64,000 bases of DNA from an uncultured Verrucomicrobiae bacterium (GCA_963702845.1 OY969763.1:4032001-4096000), one strand, 5' to 3'. Counted from the first letter of the stretch, positions 22,901-35,829 are shown. The notes: a model not told the origin generated them from the sequence alone. Translations and numbers: made by a program.

Positions 22901-23986
22901 ATCACCGGTGGCGGTGGCGGAGAGGGAAATATTTGTCCCTAAGAGAACCTCCTGATTTGAGGGTGCAGTTGTGAGAATCGGCGGGTCAGCAAGAACACCA
23001 ACGTTGGAGTCGCTGTAGACGGCGCCACAGGCATTTGAGACAAGCACGGTGTAATCACCGAGGTCGGAAGGTTGAGCGCTCGAAATTGTGTACGCAGTGC
23101 CCGTTGCTCCCGTGATATCAGTTCCGTTGTGTTGCCACTGATACGAAAGCGGTGCGCCATTGGCCTGCGCCGTGACAGTGAAGGTGGCACTCGAGTTGAG
23201 TAGCACGGATTTTGAAACAGGCTGCGTCACGAAATTCGGCCAGGAGTTTCCGTTCGTGCCCTCCTGCGCAAGGGCCAGAATGTTGGACGCCGAAAGCGCG
23301 GTGTCGTAAAGGCTGATCTCATCAAGCACCCCTTTAAAATATACATAATTTCCGGAGCTAGTGCATGGGCTCATGCCAACCATTAGCTCCGCGTCGTTTA
23401 CGAGGTTAGCGATTTTCCCGTCGGTGGGGTGCTGCGGTGTTCCACTCAAAGAGCCATCGATGTAGATCGAGGCATTCGTTCCCTGCCTAACGCATGCGAC
23501 GTGATGAAACACGCCGTCGGTGACGGTCGCAGCTGAAGCCATGTCTACGTAGCCGACGGGACCGACACCCGTGTCACCGTAGTTGAAAGAAATGGCGCCA
23601 TTTGTTCGAAGTTGAATATCGAAAAAACTCTGATTGTTGACGCACGCAGCACGTTTACTCACGATTTCCGTGCGAAGGCTGGTGTTAAAATTAGTGGTTT
23701 TAATCCAGAACCCCACGGTAAAATCATTTGTCTCAAAATCGATGAAATTATCGGGTGGGGTTAAGTCGATAATCGCATTGGATGTGCCGTCGAACGAAAA
23801 GCCGGTTCCTACTTCGGCATTTACATAGGTGACGCCGGTGCCATTAGTAGCAGCATATACTCCCATAACCGAATCCCAAACATTACTTTCCCCCTTCCAC
23901 ATGGCGAACAATCCTGGGGGAGGACAGTCGGCGAAGAGTAATGACGGGATCGCCATTGCCAGTGTCCAGAATATGCGTGTCTTCAT
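19925..23986 (-). CDS. Large secreted protein with three LamG-like jelly-roll domains and multiple Ig-like domains; split into three ORFs by two frameshifts (~22230, ~21730)
   Basis: Signal peptide MKTRIFWTL; repeated W.GE.N / DG.WHHVA.VR / G.LDE LamG motifs; SYQW..NG..I.GAT Ig repeats; the ORFs overlap and continue each other's domains. Confidence 0.85.
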
Positions 23987-24218
23987 AAGTGTTGTTTCCT
24001 TAGATGCGTGCAACCTTCCTAATGTTTCCCCCCGGGGTTGCAAAGGGGTGGGGCGCGCGTATCAATGACAAATTTGAGATTAATGTCAAACATTTATTAG
24101 GAGACCAGCTGGATGCTCCGGTGGATCACAGCGTTCGTGAGAGTTAATCAGTCAAACGGTGCATCGGGAATGAATGGTATCAGGTGCGAATTCAAAGCGG
24201 TGGTCACTTACTACGGAC

Positions 24219-24340
24219 TTGGGATGCTGCTGTGTGCAAAGCAGCAGCCGCAGCACGTTAAGTGACTTGGAGGACGAAGATTTACACTTAATTGTGTAAC
24301 GAATCCGCCGCGGCTGGTCTTCAACATAGCCGCGCTCCGC
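24219..24340. repeat. Degenerate REP-like palindromic pair
   Basis: gctgctgtgtgcaaagcagcagccgcagc ... cgcggctggtcttcaacatagccgcgctcc. Confidence 0.4.
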
Positions 24341-24415
24341 CAACCGCCACTTTAATCGCACCCATGGTATAAGCGATGGTTTGCTTTTGAGGGCGGGTGT
24401 TACTACAAAGGGAGC

Positions 24416-25918
24416 GTGCTGCAATCGCAATCGAGCAAAGAGGAGGCGTCGGCCGCGACTGAGAATGGTTTCCAAGGCGGCTTGCAACGTTATGTCCCAC
24501 TGTTGGTGTGGGCCGCTGTCGTCGCGACGCTGATTATTATCCCGCTGAAAATCGTCGGTTACGGATTTGTGCCGGTAACGGACGCGATGCGATATGCAGC
24601 GAAGGCGTTCGCCGGAAAATCGTGGTCGGACATCTTGGTGTTACGACCGGACGCGCCGGTGGATCACAGCGCTGGTTGGGAATTGATTATTCAAGGGGTG
24701 CAGCGTGTGACTGGAGCGGGTCCGGATGGCTTGGTGGCGTTTTCCGTGGCGGGACTGTTCATGGCGTTCGTTCTTGTGCCGCTCATCTGGCTGCGTCGAG
24801 CGGAGGCGTGGGTGGCGGCGTTGTTGGTGATGATTTTGGCGGCGCCGGTGAACTTGATGCGGGTGACGAGCGGACGGCCATACATCCTGGAAATGGTGGT
24901 GGTGATGTCGGTGCTTTTGATTTGGTCGCCAGCGGGTCGATTTAAGATGGGGCAAACGGCAAAAATGATTTTGACGACGGCATTAATGGCAGCGGTGGTT
25001 TGGATCCACGGATGTTGGTATTTGTATGCGCTGGTTTTGGCGGCCTTCTTGTTGGCAGGCCAGTGGCGGAACGGCACGATGTTCGGCGCTTGCTGGCTTG
25101 TCGGAAGTGTTGCGGGCGCGTGTTTGACGGGGCATCCAGTGAGTTATTTGCGGGATGAAATTGCACTGGCGTTAACGGCGTTCAGTCAACACATGGTGCA
25201 ACGGCAGCTCGTGACGGAATTTATGGCGCAGACGGCGGATACGCTGCTGTTGCTGTGCGCGGCGGCGCTGTTGTTATGGCGGACGGCGCGCGGACGTTGG
25301 ACGGCGGCGACGGTTTTTAATCCGGCGTTTATGCTGGCGGTGCTGGGCGCGATTTGTGGCATGCAGGTGTATCGGTTCTGGCTGGATTGGGGTGTGCCGG
25401 CGTTGCTCGTTTGGATGGCTTTGGAGGTGCAGGACTTAATCGAGAACGACAGTGCGCTGGATGGGATTGGCCGGGCGACGGCAGCAGTGTTGTTGTGCGC
25501 GAGTTTTTTTGTGATGACAACGGGCGATGTGGGCGGACGCTGGACCGATAGTCTCGAGGTCGAATACATGATGCAGGATGCGCCGGAATTGGCCGGGTGG
25601 TTGCCCGAAAAGGACGGCATCATTTATTCCACGAGCATGGATGTTTTTTACGAGACGTTTTTCAAAAATCCGCGCGCGCCATGGCGCTATGTTTTGGGTT
25701 TTGAGCCGACGTTTATGCAGGCCGATGACCTGAAAACGTTGCGCACGATTCAATATTATCACGGCGCGGTGCAGGCGTATGAACCGTGGGTGAAGAAGAT
25801 GCGGCCGGAGGATCGCCTGGTGGCACGTAATGCGTCGGGACGTCCGCCCGCGATCGGCGGGTTGGAATGGAAGTATGCGGTGAAGGATACGTGGATTGGG
25901 CGATTGCCGAGGAAGTGA
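24416..25918 (+). CDS. Polytopic membrane protein, possibly GT-C-type glycosyltransferase-like
   Basis: About 10 hydrophobic segments, an early periplasmic loop with acidic residues, soluble C-terminal domain. Confidence 0.55.
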   Translation: MLQSQSSKEEASAATENGFQGGLQRYVPLLVWAAVVATLIIIPLKIVGYGFVPVTDAMRYAAKAFAGKSWSDILVLRPDAPVDHSAGWELIIQGVQRVTGAGPDGLVAFSVAGLFMAFVLVPLIWLRRAEAWVAALLVMILAAPVNLMRVTSGRPYILEMVVVMSVLLIWSPAGRFKMGQTAKMILTTALMAAVVWIHGCWYLYALVLAAFLLAGQWRNGTMFGACWLVGSVAGACLTGHPVSYLRDEIALALTAFSQHMVQRQLVTEFMAQTADTLLLLCAAALLLWRTARGRWTAATVFNPAFMLAVLGAICGMQVYRFWLDWGVPALLVWMALEVQDLIENDSALDGIGRATAAVLLCASFFVMTTGDVGGRWTDSLEVEYMMQDAPELAGWLPEKDGIIYSTSMDVFYETFFKNPRAPWRYVLGFEPTFMQADDLKTLRTIQYYHGAVQAYEPWVKKMRPEDRLVARNASGRPPAIGGLEWKYAVKDTWIGRLPRK

Positions 25919-25934
25919 ACGTCCGCGCGTCCCG

Positions 25935-26756
25935 TTATGCGGCCAAAGTTTTTGGCGCTTGCAGGCGCTTCCACTTGGCAACGAACTGCTCCTTCTGCCC
26001 CGCGTAGAAATGTTTGAAGTAGCGTGATTCGTACATCTTTTCGATATACGCGTCCGGTGGAATAAATCTTTCGCGGAACAAGCGGTAGGTTTCGCTATAC
26101 GCTTTTTGGGCCGAGTCATTCACGCGCGTAATCTGGAATTCTTTCAAGCCAAGAAAATCTTTGATCGCGCTTTCTTTAATCGAATCGTCGACTTCCATTC
26201 GCATCAGAAGCAGGCGCACGCGGCCTTGCTCGATGACCTGCACCCCATTGGAAGGAAAAGGATGTTGGTAAACGTCGATGCCGCAATCGGGCTTCATGCG
26301 GTCCTCGAACCACGTCAGCGGAAGGTCGTGCGGATATTTTGAGAGGAAAACTTCGATCATGTGATCGACAGAGAGGTTCGGGCGATCGGCGACCTTGCCG
26401 AGTTCGCGATCGAAGTTTTCAAAGAAGGCTGAAATATTTCGGCCGATGGGTTCGCGGACGAGGCTGATGACAAGCAAAGGCTTTCGTTTTTTTACAACGA
26501 ATTCGCGCATGCCGGTCAGTTCCAGGGTTTCGCCATCGTGCGGAATCATGGAATGAGCGTGAACGGTCAAACCGGGCCAGGCACGGTCGAGGGAGTGCTC
26601 GAATGAGGATGAGCCGACTTTGCCGAACTGATAGACGAGCAACGGGCGAGCAGCTTTAAGGAGGCGATTGATCCGAGCTTCGCGATGCCGGCAATCGCGA
26701 ATGCGGTGAAGAGTGGTTCGTAGGTCACGCGCGAGTGACCGGATTAACAGCTTCAT
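25935..26756 (-). CDS. Putative capsular polysaccharide synthesis protein (NKWYS/sulfotransferase-like)
   Basis: VYQFGKVGSSS, ISLVREPIGRNISAFFEN, GIDVYQHPF. Confidence 0.75.
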   Translation of the reverse strand: MKLLIRSLARDLRTTLHRIRDCRHREARINRLLKAARPLLVYQFGKVGSSSFEHSLDRAWPGLTVHAHSMIPHDGETLELTGMREFVVKKRKPLLVISLVREPIGRNISAFFENFDRELGKVADRPNLSVDHMIEVFLSKYPHDLPLTWFEDRMKPDCGIDVYQHPFPSNGVQVIEQGRVRLLLMRMEVDDSIKESAIKDFLGLKEFQITRVNDSAQKAYSETYRLFRERFIPPDAYIEKMYESRYFKHFYAGQKEQFVAKWKRLQAPKTLAA

Positions 26757-26939
26757 TGATTTATAGCGCTTGTTACAACGCTGCTTTTTTGTCGCGCATT
26801 CAGCTCGACCGACAACACCAACTCACTGCGCCAGTCAGATGAAAGCTCGACTTCATTATGACGGCGTGGCTTTGGCGGTGTCAAGGCAGGGCTCAGTTTC
26901 GCGCTGGCGAGGATGTTTTGAAACGGCTTTAATAGGCGC

Positions 26940-27776
26940 ATGGTTACTCGTTCCATGACGCTGGTTATCGTCGGCGTGTTTTTGCGGACGCTGACTTTCG
27001 GCGCTCCTGTTCCACTCATCCACGCGCATGCGCACAATGATTACGAGCATCGGCGTCCGTTGTTCGACGCATTGAGTCATGGGTTTTGCAGCGTGGAGGC
27101 GGACATTTATCTGGTGAACGGAAAGTTGCTCGTTGCGCACAATCGCCAGGATGTGAAAACGGAACGGACGTTGCAGGCGCTGTATCTCGAACCGTTACGA
27201 GAGCTGGCGAAAAAAAATCATGGCAAAATTTATGGGGCTGAACCGCGGTTTTTTCTGTTGATCGATGTTAAATCGGATTTTGCGACCTTGTATCCGGTGC
27301 TGCGAAAAGTGTTGGAGGATTATTCTGATATCCTGACCCGATTTGAAAATGGCAAGGCGCGGACCAACACGGCGACAGTTGTGCTGACGGGGAATTATTC
27401 GATGCCAACAGTCGCCGCGGAAACGAATCGACTGGCCGGCGTCGATGGAAAGTTGAAAGATTTGCCGTCAATCAAACGCGGCGACGCTGCGCTGTGGATT
27501 AGCGACAGCTGGAAGCCAACATTCCACTGGAACGGCAAAGGTAAAATGCCGGACGATGAGCGCGCGAAATTGCGAACTGTCGTGGAGCGCGCCCATGCGC
27601 AAGGCAAACTGGTACGGTTCTGGGCCGCGCCTCAGACAAAAGAGGCGTGGACTGAATTAGCCGCCGATGGCGTCGACCTTCTAAATGCCGATGACTTAGC
27701 AGGTTTGGAGAAATTTCTTCTCACAAACCCCTATCCCGGCACTCTTTTGGATGCTCCGTCGAACCGCGCGTTTTAA
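26940..27776 (+). CDS. PLC-like/glycerophosphodiester phosphodiesterase family protein
   Basis: Signal peptide, HAHNDYEH, SVEADIYL, VRFWAAP. Confidence 0.82.
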   Translation: MVTRSMTLVIVGVFLRTLTFGAPVPLIHAHAHNDYEHRRPLFDALSHGFCSVEADIYLVNGKLLVAHNRQDVKTERTLQALYLEPLRELAKKNHGKIYGAEPRFFLLIDVKSDFATLYPVLRKVLEDYSDILTRFENGKARTNTATVVLTGNYSMPTVAAETNRLAGVDGKLKDLPSIKRGDAALWISDSWKPTFHWNGKGKMPDDERAKLRTVVERAHAQGKLVRFWAAPQTKEAWTELAADGVDLLNADDLAGLEKFLLTNPYPGTLLDAPSNRAF

Positions 27777-28126
27777 CGGTCGCGATAGCCGCCGCGGCGC
27801 TCGCCGCCACGGTCACCCCGATCGCCTCCTTCGGCGCGGCCACCCGCACGAAAATTGGAGCGAGGCGCACGTTCTTCCCGTGGACGCGCAATGTTGACGG
27901 TCAAGGGACGGCCTTGATAATCCTTACCGTTAAACATTTCCACCGCCTTAATGGCTTCTTCCGAACTACCGAACTCCACGAACGCAAACCCGCGTGATTT
28001 ACCAGTAAACTTGTCCATCATCAGATTGACGGACGTGACATTCCCAGCTTGCCCAAACAAATCGTGGATGTCGTTTTCGATGGTATTGTAAGAGAGGTTC
28101 CCCACGAATAATCGATTTTCCTTCAT
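27773..28126 (-). CDS. RRM RNA-binding protein
   Basis: RNP2 LFVGNL, RNP1 RGFAFVEF, Gly/Arg-rich tail. Confidence 0.95.
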   Translation of the reverse strand: MKENRLFVGNLSYNTIENDIHDLFGQAGNVTSVNLMMDKFTGKSRGFAFVEFGSSEEAIKAVEMFNGKDYQGRPLTVNIARPREERAPRSNFRAGGRAEGGDRGDRGGERRGGYRDR

Positions 28127-28348
28127 GACTGTCTTAACCGTACAAACCGCAAATTCGACGACAGAGAGACCGAGGATCGGCCCAACATTTCCATATGCGG
28201 GACCCGGTCGTCGCCGTGATCAGCTGCGCCCCGCGGTTGTCAACCAAACCGCACTCACCCCGCCGACTGACGGTGTGCTTTGTAGCAAAGCCACTAGTGC
28301 AGTCAACAATTTTTCCGAAGTAAGTATTCGTAACCACCTGAGGCTCAC

Positions 28349-30706
28349 CTATTGATAAAGCAAGTAGGGCTCACGGCGAGCAGCAAAATCAGCCAGGTCC
28401 TTGGTCCAAAGAGCCTTGATTTCGGTCAACGATTTATCGGCTGTGATCGCGTCCAACGTCGCTTGGTTGGCGATAAGGCGTTTCATCTTTTTGAGTTCGA
28501 ACTGTTCGGGGTACCAACGATTGAGGATTTTTGCGATTGAGAGACCGATATCGACGACATTGCATTTGCTACGGTCGGTCAAAATGATGTTCACACCGGC
28601 GCAAGATTGGTTTTTGAAAATGTATTCCGGGGGCGTGAAACGAATTGGCACGAAACGGACACCGGGAAGGTTCTGTTTGTTGAGTTCGTCCGCGAGTTTC
28701 ATGTCGTGGATGTAAGGTGCGCCGACCATCTCGAACGGAGTGCCGGTATTGCGACCAACGGACACCTGGCAGTATTCCAGCATACCGACGCCTGGATAAA
28801 GAATCGCCTCGGTGACGCTGCGCATATTGGGTGACGGAGGCATCCACGGCAGAGCGGTTTCGTCGAAGAATTCGTTGCGTTTCCAGCCTTCTACTTTGAT
28901 GACGGTCAAATCGAGGCTGTCGAGGTGACGTTCGGCTTTAAACATCTGGGCGAGTTCACCTTCGGTCATGCCGTAGCGCAGCGGAATGGGATGATAACCA
29001 ACGAAGGTGGTTTTGCCGGTGAGCAACGGGCCGTCGATAGCGATGCCGTTGATCGGATTGACACGATCCAGGACGAAGAATTTGATCCCTGCTCTATGCG
29101 CTGCGTTCATGCAATGGCCTAAGGTAGAGATGTATGTGTAGAAACGACATCCAACATCCTGGATGTCGAAGACGAGCGCGTCGATGTCGGCGAGCTGGTC
29201 CATGGTCGGTTCGGATCGTTTGCCGTAAAGGCTGTAGACCGGCAGACCGGTGCGTTCGTCGACGCTGTCGCTGACCGGTTCGTCAAAGTTTCCGTAGATG
29301 CCGTGCTCGGGACCAAAGAGCGCTTTGATCTGCACGTCGGGAGCGTTGCGCAGGAGGTCAATGGTAGGATACCGGCGGCAGTTGCGGCCGGTCGGATTGG
29401 TGATGAGACCAATGCGCAGGCCTTTCAGCGCCGCGAAGTTATCACGAGCGAGAACGTCAATTCCGTTCAGGACGGACGGGACTTCGTTACTTAGTTCGTT
29501 TTTTTTTGCGCCGGCTTCGCGAGTGTGGTGCAGCGGCGGCAGCGCGTTGGTGACCATGGCGAAGTCAAAGTCGGTAACCGCTTCAGCGGCAAGGGTGCCA
29601 ATCGCGCTATAGAGCGGAAGGACGTTGCCTTTGCCGTCGGGATGGACGCGGTTGGAAAGAAATACGAAAAAGGTTTTGGAAAACGGATCAATCCAAAGCG
29701 CGTTGCCGGTGAACCCGGTGTGGCCATAGGAACCGAGCGGGAACAGGTCGCCACGCGGACGGCTGAATCCGGAATCGATGTCCCATCCAAATCCGCGACG
29801 AGACGGAATGTTTGTGGGTGTTTGGACGCTGGTCATCATCTTGACTGTTTCAGGTTTCATGATGCGCACACCGTCGAGTTCGCCGAGGTTCAGGAGCATG
29901 CGGCAGTAGCGCGCAAGATCGGCAGTGGTGGTGAAAATTCCAGCGTGACCGGCAACGCCTCCCATCAAACGAGCAGTTGGATCGTGGACGACACCGCGCA
30001 GAACGACGCCGTCAATTTTTTCGGTGGGCGCGATGCGAGCGAGTTTTTCTTTCGGCGGCAAATAACCGGTATCGACCATTTTCAGCGGTTGATAGATTTC
30101 TTTGGCGCAAAATTCGTTGAGAGGCATGCCGCTGACACGCGAGACGATTTCGCCGACAAGGAACAAGTTAATGTCACTGTAAACCAACTTCGCGCCGACG
30201 GGATTTTGCAGCGGAATTTCGGCGGCGAGCTTGATGGCGGTTTCAGTCCCCTGCCATTTGCTTCTGGTAGACACGTCCGGCGGGAGTCCGGAAATGTGGG
30301 TCAGGAGGTGGCGCACAGTGATTTTTGATTTTTCACCGGACGCACCGAATTCCGGAATGTAGCTGTGAACTGGTTCGTCGAGGTTTACCTTGCCGCGCTC
30401 GACGAGGATCATGACGGCGGGGGTGCCAGCGACGACTTTAGTGACGGAGGCGGCGTCGAAAATGGTGTCCTTGGTCATTTCCTCTTCTGCCGGAACGAGG
30501 GCGCGATTGCCGTAGGCTTTACTGTAAACGGCACCACCGTGCTCAACCCAGACCACTCCGCCGGGCAAGCGTTCTTCCTCGATTGCCTTCTCGACGGCGG
30601 TGTCGATGGCGTGAAGTTTGGTTTTGTCGAGCACGCGTTCGGCATGAACGGGAGCGACCAGCGCAAGGGTGACAACGATTGGTAAAACAAATCGCGGCGT
30701 AATCAT
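28349..30706 (-). CDS. Fusion of a beta-lactamase-like serine hydrolase and a DUF1343 (NamZ-like exo-beta-N-acetylmuramidase) domain
   Basis: ASVTK (SxxK), YSD, GHTGFTG; then FGPEHG, FDIQDVGCRFYTY, PSPNM. Confidence 0.9.
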   Translation of the reverse strand: MITPRFVLPIVVTLALVAPVHAERVLDKTKLHAIDTAVEKAIEEERLPGGVVWVEHGGAVYSKAYGNRALVPAEEEMTKDTIFDAASVTKVVAGTPAVMILVERGKVNLDEPVHSYIPEFGASGEKSKITVRHLLTHISGLPPDVSTRSKWQGTETAIKLAAEIPLQNPVGAKLVYSDINLFLVGEIVSRVSGMPLNEFCAKEIYQPLKMVDTGYLPPKEKLARIAPTEKIDGVVLRGVVHDPTARLMGGVAGHAGIFTTTADLARYCRMLLNLGELDGVRIMKPETVKMMTSVQTPTNIPSRRGFGWDIDSGFSRPRGDLFPLGSYGHTGFTGNALWIDPFSKTFFVFLSNRVHPDGKGNVLPLYSAIGTLAAEAVTDFDFAMVTNALPPLHHTREAGAKKNELSNEVPSVLNGIDVLARDNFAALKGLRIGLITNPTGRNCRRYPTIDLLRNAPDVQIKALFGPEHGIYGNFDEPVSDSVDERTGLPVYSLYGKRSEPTMDQLADIDALVFDIQDVGCRFYTYISTLGHCMNAAHRAGIKFFVLDRVNPINGIAIDGPLLTGKTTFVGYHPIPLRYGMTEGELAQMFKAERHLDSLDLTVIKVEGWKRNEFFDETALPWMPPSPNMRSVTEAILYPGVGMLEYCQVSVGRNTGTPFEMVGAPYIHDMKLADELNKQNLPGVRFVPIRFTPPEYIFKNQSCAGVNIILTDRSKCNVVDIGLSIAKILNRWYPEQFELKKMKRLIANQATLDAITADKSLTEIKALWTKDLADFAARREPYLLYQ

Positions 30707-30780
30707 TGCGCGAATGCTAGGGCGGAAATCCGAAAATCCGAAGCGGAAAAAATCAGCCTAACTTGACTGCGGTCCTCGCT

Positions 30781-31590
30781 TTAGAAACAGAGGCCGAACA
30801 TGAAACGAGTGGTGATTTTTTGATTGGTGTCGAACTCGATATCACGCGGAGTATCGAAATTGGCAACATAATCAAAGCCGAGGACGCGTGGCATTACCGA
30901 GAAGGCCATCCACCAGTTGTCTTTGTGGCAGCGCACAACCGGCCCGAGAAAAAATTTATTGCCAGCGAGACGACGGTATTCGGGCAATTCACTGTGGTCG
31001 CGAAGTTCGACGCCGACCGACCAGTTTGCGCCAATGGCTCGCGCGATTCCGAGGCCGAGTTCGAGGTCGCCGTCACGTTCCTTGAGGCGATTGGACCATT
31101 CGTTTCCCTGAGAGAAGCTCATGGCCCAACGCCAGAAATCATAAGTGCGACCGATGACGGCCGTTTCCTGAACGTAAACGTTTTCGTCGGAGGTGCGGGG
31201 TTGAACTGACACGGCGAAGGCAATTGGCAATTCCAAGTCGTCCCAAATTTGATAGCTACTGTCCAAAGATAAGGGCTTCCACGACAATGTTGTTTGAGGT
31301 TCGAACGACTGCGAGTCGACGAATTCGGGTTCGGAGGCAACGCGCAGGGCGTTGTTTCGGCCGTAGCTTAATCGGTAATTGAGCCAATGCTGCGATTCCC
31401 AGACGCTGGTGTGGTCGTGATCGAAATAGGTCTGACGCTGGGAAGCCGAGGGAGCCCACGCATCGAAATTTGATTTGGAGTTAAGCGCGCTCGGGAGATA
31501 GTTCGAAGGGACAAAAGATTGGTCATCGGCGGTCGCAGAGAGTGCTGCGAAGAAACAAACCGATAGGCCCACTAACAAACGCGCCTGCAT
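30781..31590 (-). CDS. Hypothetical exported protein, probable outer-membrane beta-barrel
   Basis: Signal peptide MQARLLVGL, amphipathic beta strands, C-terminal Phe. Confidence 0.6.
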   Translation of the reverse strand: MQARLLVGLSVCFFAALSATADDQSFVPSNYLPSALNSKSNFDAWAPSASQRQTYFDHDHTSVWESQHWLNYRLSYGRNNALRVASEPEFVDSQSFEPQTTLSWKPLSLDSSYQIWDDLELPIAFAVSVQPRTSDENVYVQETAVIGRTYDFWRWAMSFSQGNEWSNRLKERDGDLELGLGIARAIGANWSVGVELRDHSELPEYRRLAGNKFFLGPVVRCHKDNWWMAFSVMPRVLGFDYVANFDTPRDIEFDTNQKITTRFMFGLCF

Positions 31591-31748
31591 TTGGTTTGAC
31601 ACAGCAGGTTGCGCGCCAACGTTAAAATTGAGGTTTTTAGCGTCAAATGATAGACTGGCCCAAGTAACTCGCATCACGACTTTTCTATGTTTGACACAAA
31701 TTTGCTCGCGAGGGCGACTGGGTGTTGCCAATGTGTTTGTACATTAAA

Positions 31749-32516
31749 ATGAACAACTTAAGTCAGGGGCGGACATTGGAAGTATTGTTTACACCAGCGG
31801 AATTTGCCGTCCTTCCGCAACGCGATTTGTCGGGGGCGGTTTGTGTGGTGTTCGATATATTGCGAGCGACCACCAGTATGGTGACAGCTTTGGGAAATGG
31901 CGCCGATGCGATTTTGCCCGTTTCGGACATTCCTGAAGCTTTGGACCTAGCGCGGAAGCATGCCGGGGCATTGTTGGCGGGTGAGCGTGACGGCCTGCGG
32001 ATCCGGGCGGCGCTGACGGGAAGTGTGGACTTTGATCTCGGCAATTCGCCACGGGAGTTTACGTCCGAACGCGTTCGCGGGAAAAAAATTGTGATGACGA
32101 CGACGAACGGGACGCGCGCGTTGCAATCCTGCAAACACGCCGCGCGGGTGTTCGCAGGTTCGTTTTTGAACCTGGCGGCGACGACGCGAGCGGTGCAACA
32201 GATTGGAACGAAGAACTTGATTGTGATTTGCGCGGGGACGTTTGAGGAAGCGGCGTATGAGGACGCTTTAGCCGCAGGCGCGTTGTGTGATCTGGTCTGG
32301 GGAACGTTCGAACCAGGCGCGACGGATGCAGCGCATATTGCGCGGGAAATTTATCTTAAGGCTAACGGAGATCTCATGGGGGCTTTTGTGCATTCGCGCA
32401 ATGCGCGACGTCTGTTAAGCAGGGTTGAACTGAGCCAAGATGTGGCATTTTGCGCGCAGAGGGACACGGTTGATTTAGTAGCGGAATTGAAGGAGGGTGC
32501 CGTACGACGCGTCTAA
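31749..32516 (+). CDS. comB: 2-phosphosulfolactate phosphatase family protein
   Basis: VFDILRATTS, GER.G, GNSPRE, TTTNGTRAL, EDALAAG. Confidence 0.9.
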   Translation: MNNLSQGRTLEVLFTPAEFAVLPQRDLSGAVCVVFDILRATTSMVTALGNGADAILPVSDIPEALDLARKHAGALLAGERDGLRIRAALTGSVDFDLGNSPREFTSERVRGKKIVMTTTNGTRALQSCKHAARVFAGSFLNLAATTRAVQQIGTKNLIVICAGTFEEAAYEDALAAGALCDLVWGTFEPGATDAAHIAREIYLKANGDLMGAFVHSRNARRLLSRVELSQDVAFCAQRDTVDLVAELKEGAVRRV

Positions 32517-32654
32517 GTTGCTGGTTTGGACTTTACAGAACTGGCGTTGATTGGCAACGTCGATTGAGAGGGACGAGTTGTTCGACTCAGGGACTACACA
32601 CAGTCGCGCAACTCGTCCCCCGCACTAGTTTCGGGAGACCATACCCAACAACCT

Positions 32655-33926
32655 ATGCCAGAACTAAAAGGTAATTTATTAGTCGCCCAATCAGGCGGTC
32701 CCACATCAGTCATTAACGCCAGCGTTGCCGGTGTCGTGCAGGAAGCAAAGAAGTATCCCGCGATCCAGGAAATTTATGGTGGGTTGAACGGCATTCTCGG
32801 CGTGCTCAAGGAACAGATTATCGATTTGCGCCAGGAATCGCCGCTGACAATTGAAGCGTTGAAGCACACACCCGCTGCGGCGTTGGGCACCTGCCGTTAC
32901 AAGATCGATTTCAAGAAGAAGCCCGAGCAAGCGGCCAAGGACATGGAGCGTTTGTTCGAACTCTTCAAAGCGCAGAACATTCGCTATTTCTTTTACATCG
33001 GCGGCAATGACTCGCAGGACACGGCGCATAAGATTCATTTGGAATCGCAAAAACACGGCCATGAAATGCGCGTGATCGGCGTGCCCAAGACGATCGACAA
33101 CGATTTGCCGCACACGGACCATTGCCCCGGCTTCGGGTCGGTCGCGAAGTACAACGCCTGCACGGTGATGGAAGTCGCCACGGACGTCAGCAGCATGGCA
33201 ACCGATGACGGCGCTTGCTGCATCATTGAAGTGATGGGACGCAGCGCCGGCTGGATCGCGGCTAGTGCGATCCTGGCGAAACGCAAAGCGGATGACGCTC
33301 CGCACATTATCTTGCTGCCGGAAATCCCATTCGACGAAGAGAAGTTTTTGGCGAAGGTGCGCGAAACTGTTGAACGTATCCGTTATTGCATCGTGATCGT
33401 TGGCGAAGGATTACGACGGGCGGACGGAACGGAATTCAGCGCGGACAAGTCGCGTTTGGATGCGTTCGGTCACCCGGTGCTCTCTGGCGCCGGTGAGTTG
33501 CTCGAGGAATTGATCCACGGAAAACTCGGCACGAAGACCCGCTCGGTGAAGCTCGGCTACGCCCAGCGTTGCGCGGAACATTTTGCGAGCGCGACCGATT
33601 CTGAAGAAGCGGCGGCGTGCGGTGCGGCGGCAGTTCGCGCGGCAGTCGAAGGAACCAGCGGGTTCATGGTGAAGATCGTGCGCACGAGCAGCCAGCCTTA
33701 CAAGTGGACCACCGGCCTGCAACCATTGGGCGATATCGCGAACGTGGAACATCTAATTCCACGCGACTGGATCAGCCCCGATGGTTTCCTGCCGAACGAA
33801 AAGTTCGTGGAATACGCGCGTCCTTTGATCGATGGCGAAGTGAAGGTGCCGATGGAAAACGGATTACCTGTGTTCGCTGTGCTCGACAAGAAGCGCATTG
33901 AACGCAAGTTGCAACGGCGCGGCTAA
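32655..33926 (+). CDS. 6-phosphofructokinase family protein (PPi-dependent type motif)
   Basis: AQSGGPTSVINAS, GGNDS, PKTIDND, EVMGRSAGW, LGYAQR. Confidence 0.93.
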   Translation: MPELKGNLLVAQSGGPTSVINASVAGVVQEAKKYPAIQEIYGGLNGILGVLKEQIIDLRQESPLTIEALKHTPAAALGTCRYKIDFKKKPEQAAKDMERLFELFKAQNIRYFFYIGGNDSQDTAHKIHLESQKHGHEMRVIGVPKTIDNDLPHTDHCPGFGSVAKYNACTVMEVATDVSSMATDDGACCIIEVMGRSAGWIAASAILAKRKADDAPHIILLPEIPFDEEKFLAKVRETVERIRYCIVIVGEGLRRADGTEFSADKSRLDAFGHPVLSGAGELLEELIHGKLGTKTRSVKLGYAQRCAEHFASATDSEEAAACGAAAVRAAVEGTSGFMVKIVRTSSQPYKWTTGLQPLGDIANVEHLIPRDWISPDGFLPNEKFVEYARPLIDGEVKVPMENGLPVFAVLDKKRIERKLQRRG

Positions 33927-34035
33927 GCAGTTGGATACTGCCTGATCTTCCTGCCCTCTCCTCCGATGGAGGAGAGGGCGAAACCAAACCACTTGCCAAC
34001 AGCCGCACCTTACGGCTTACTTTGCGCTCGGTTAA

Positions 34036-35829
<1,794 letters not shown>

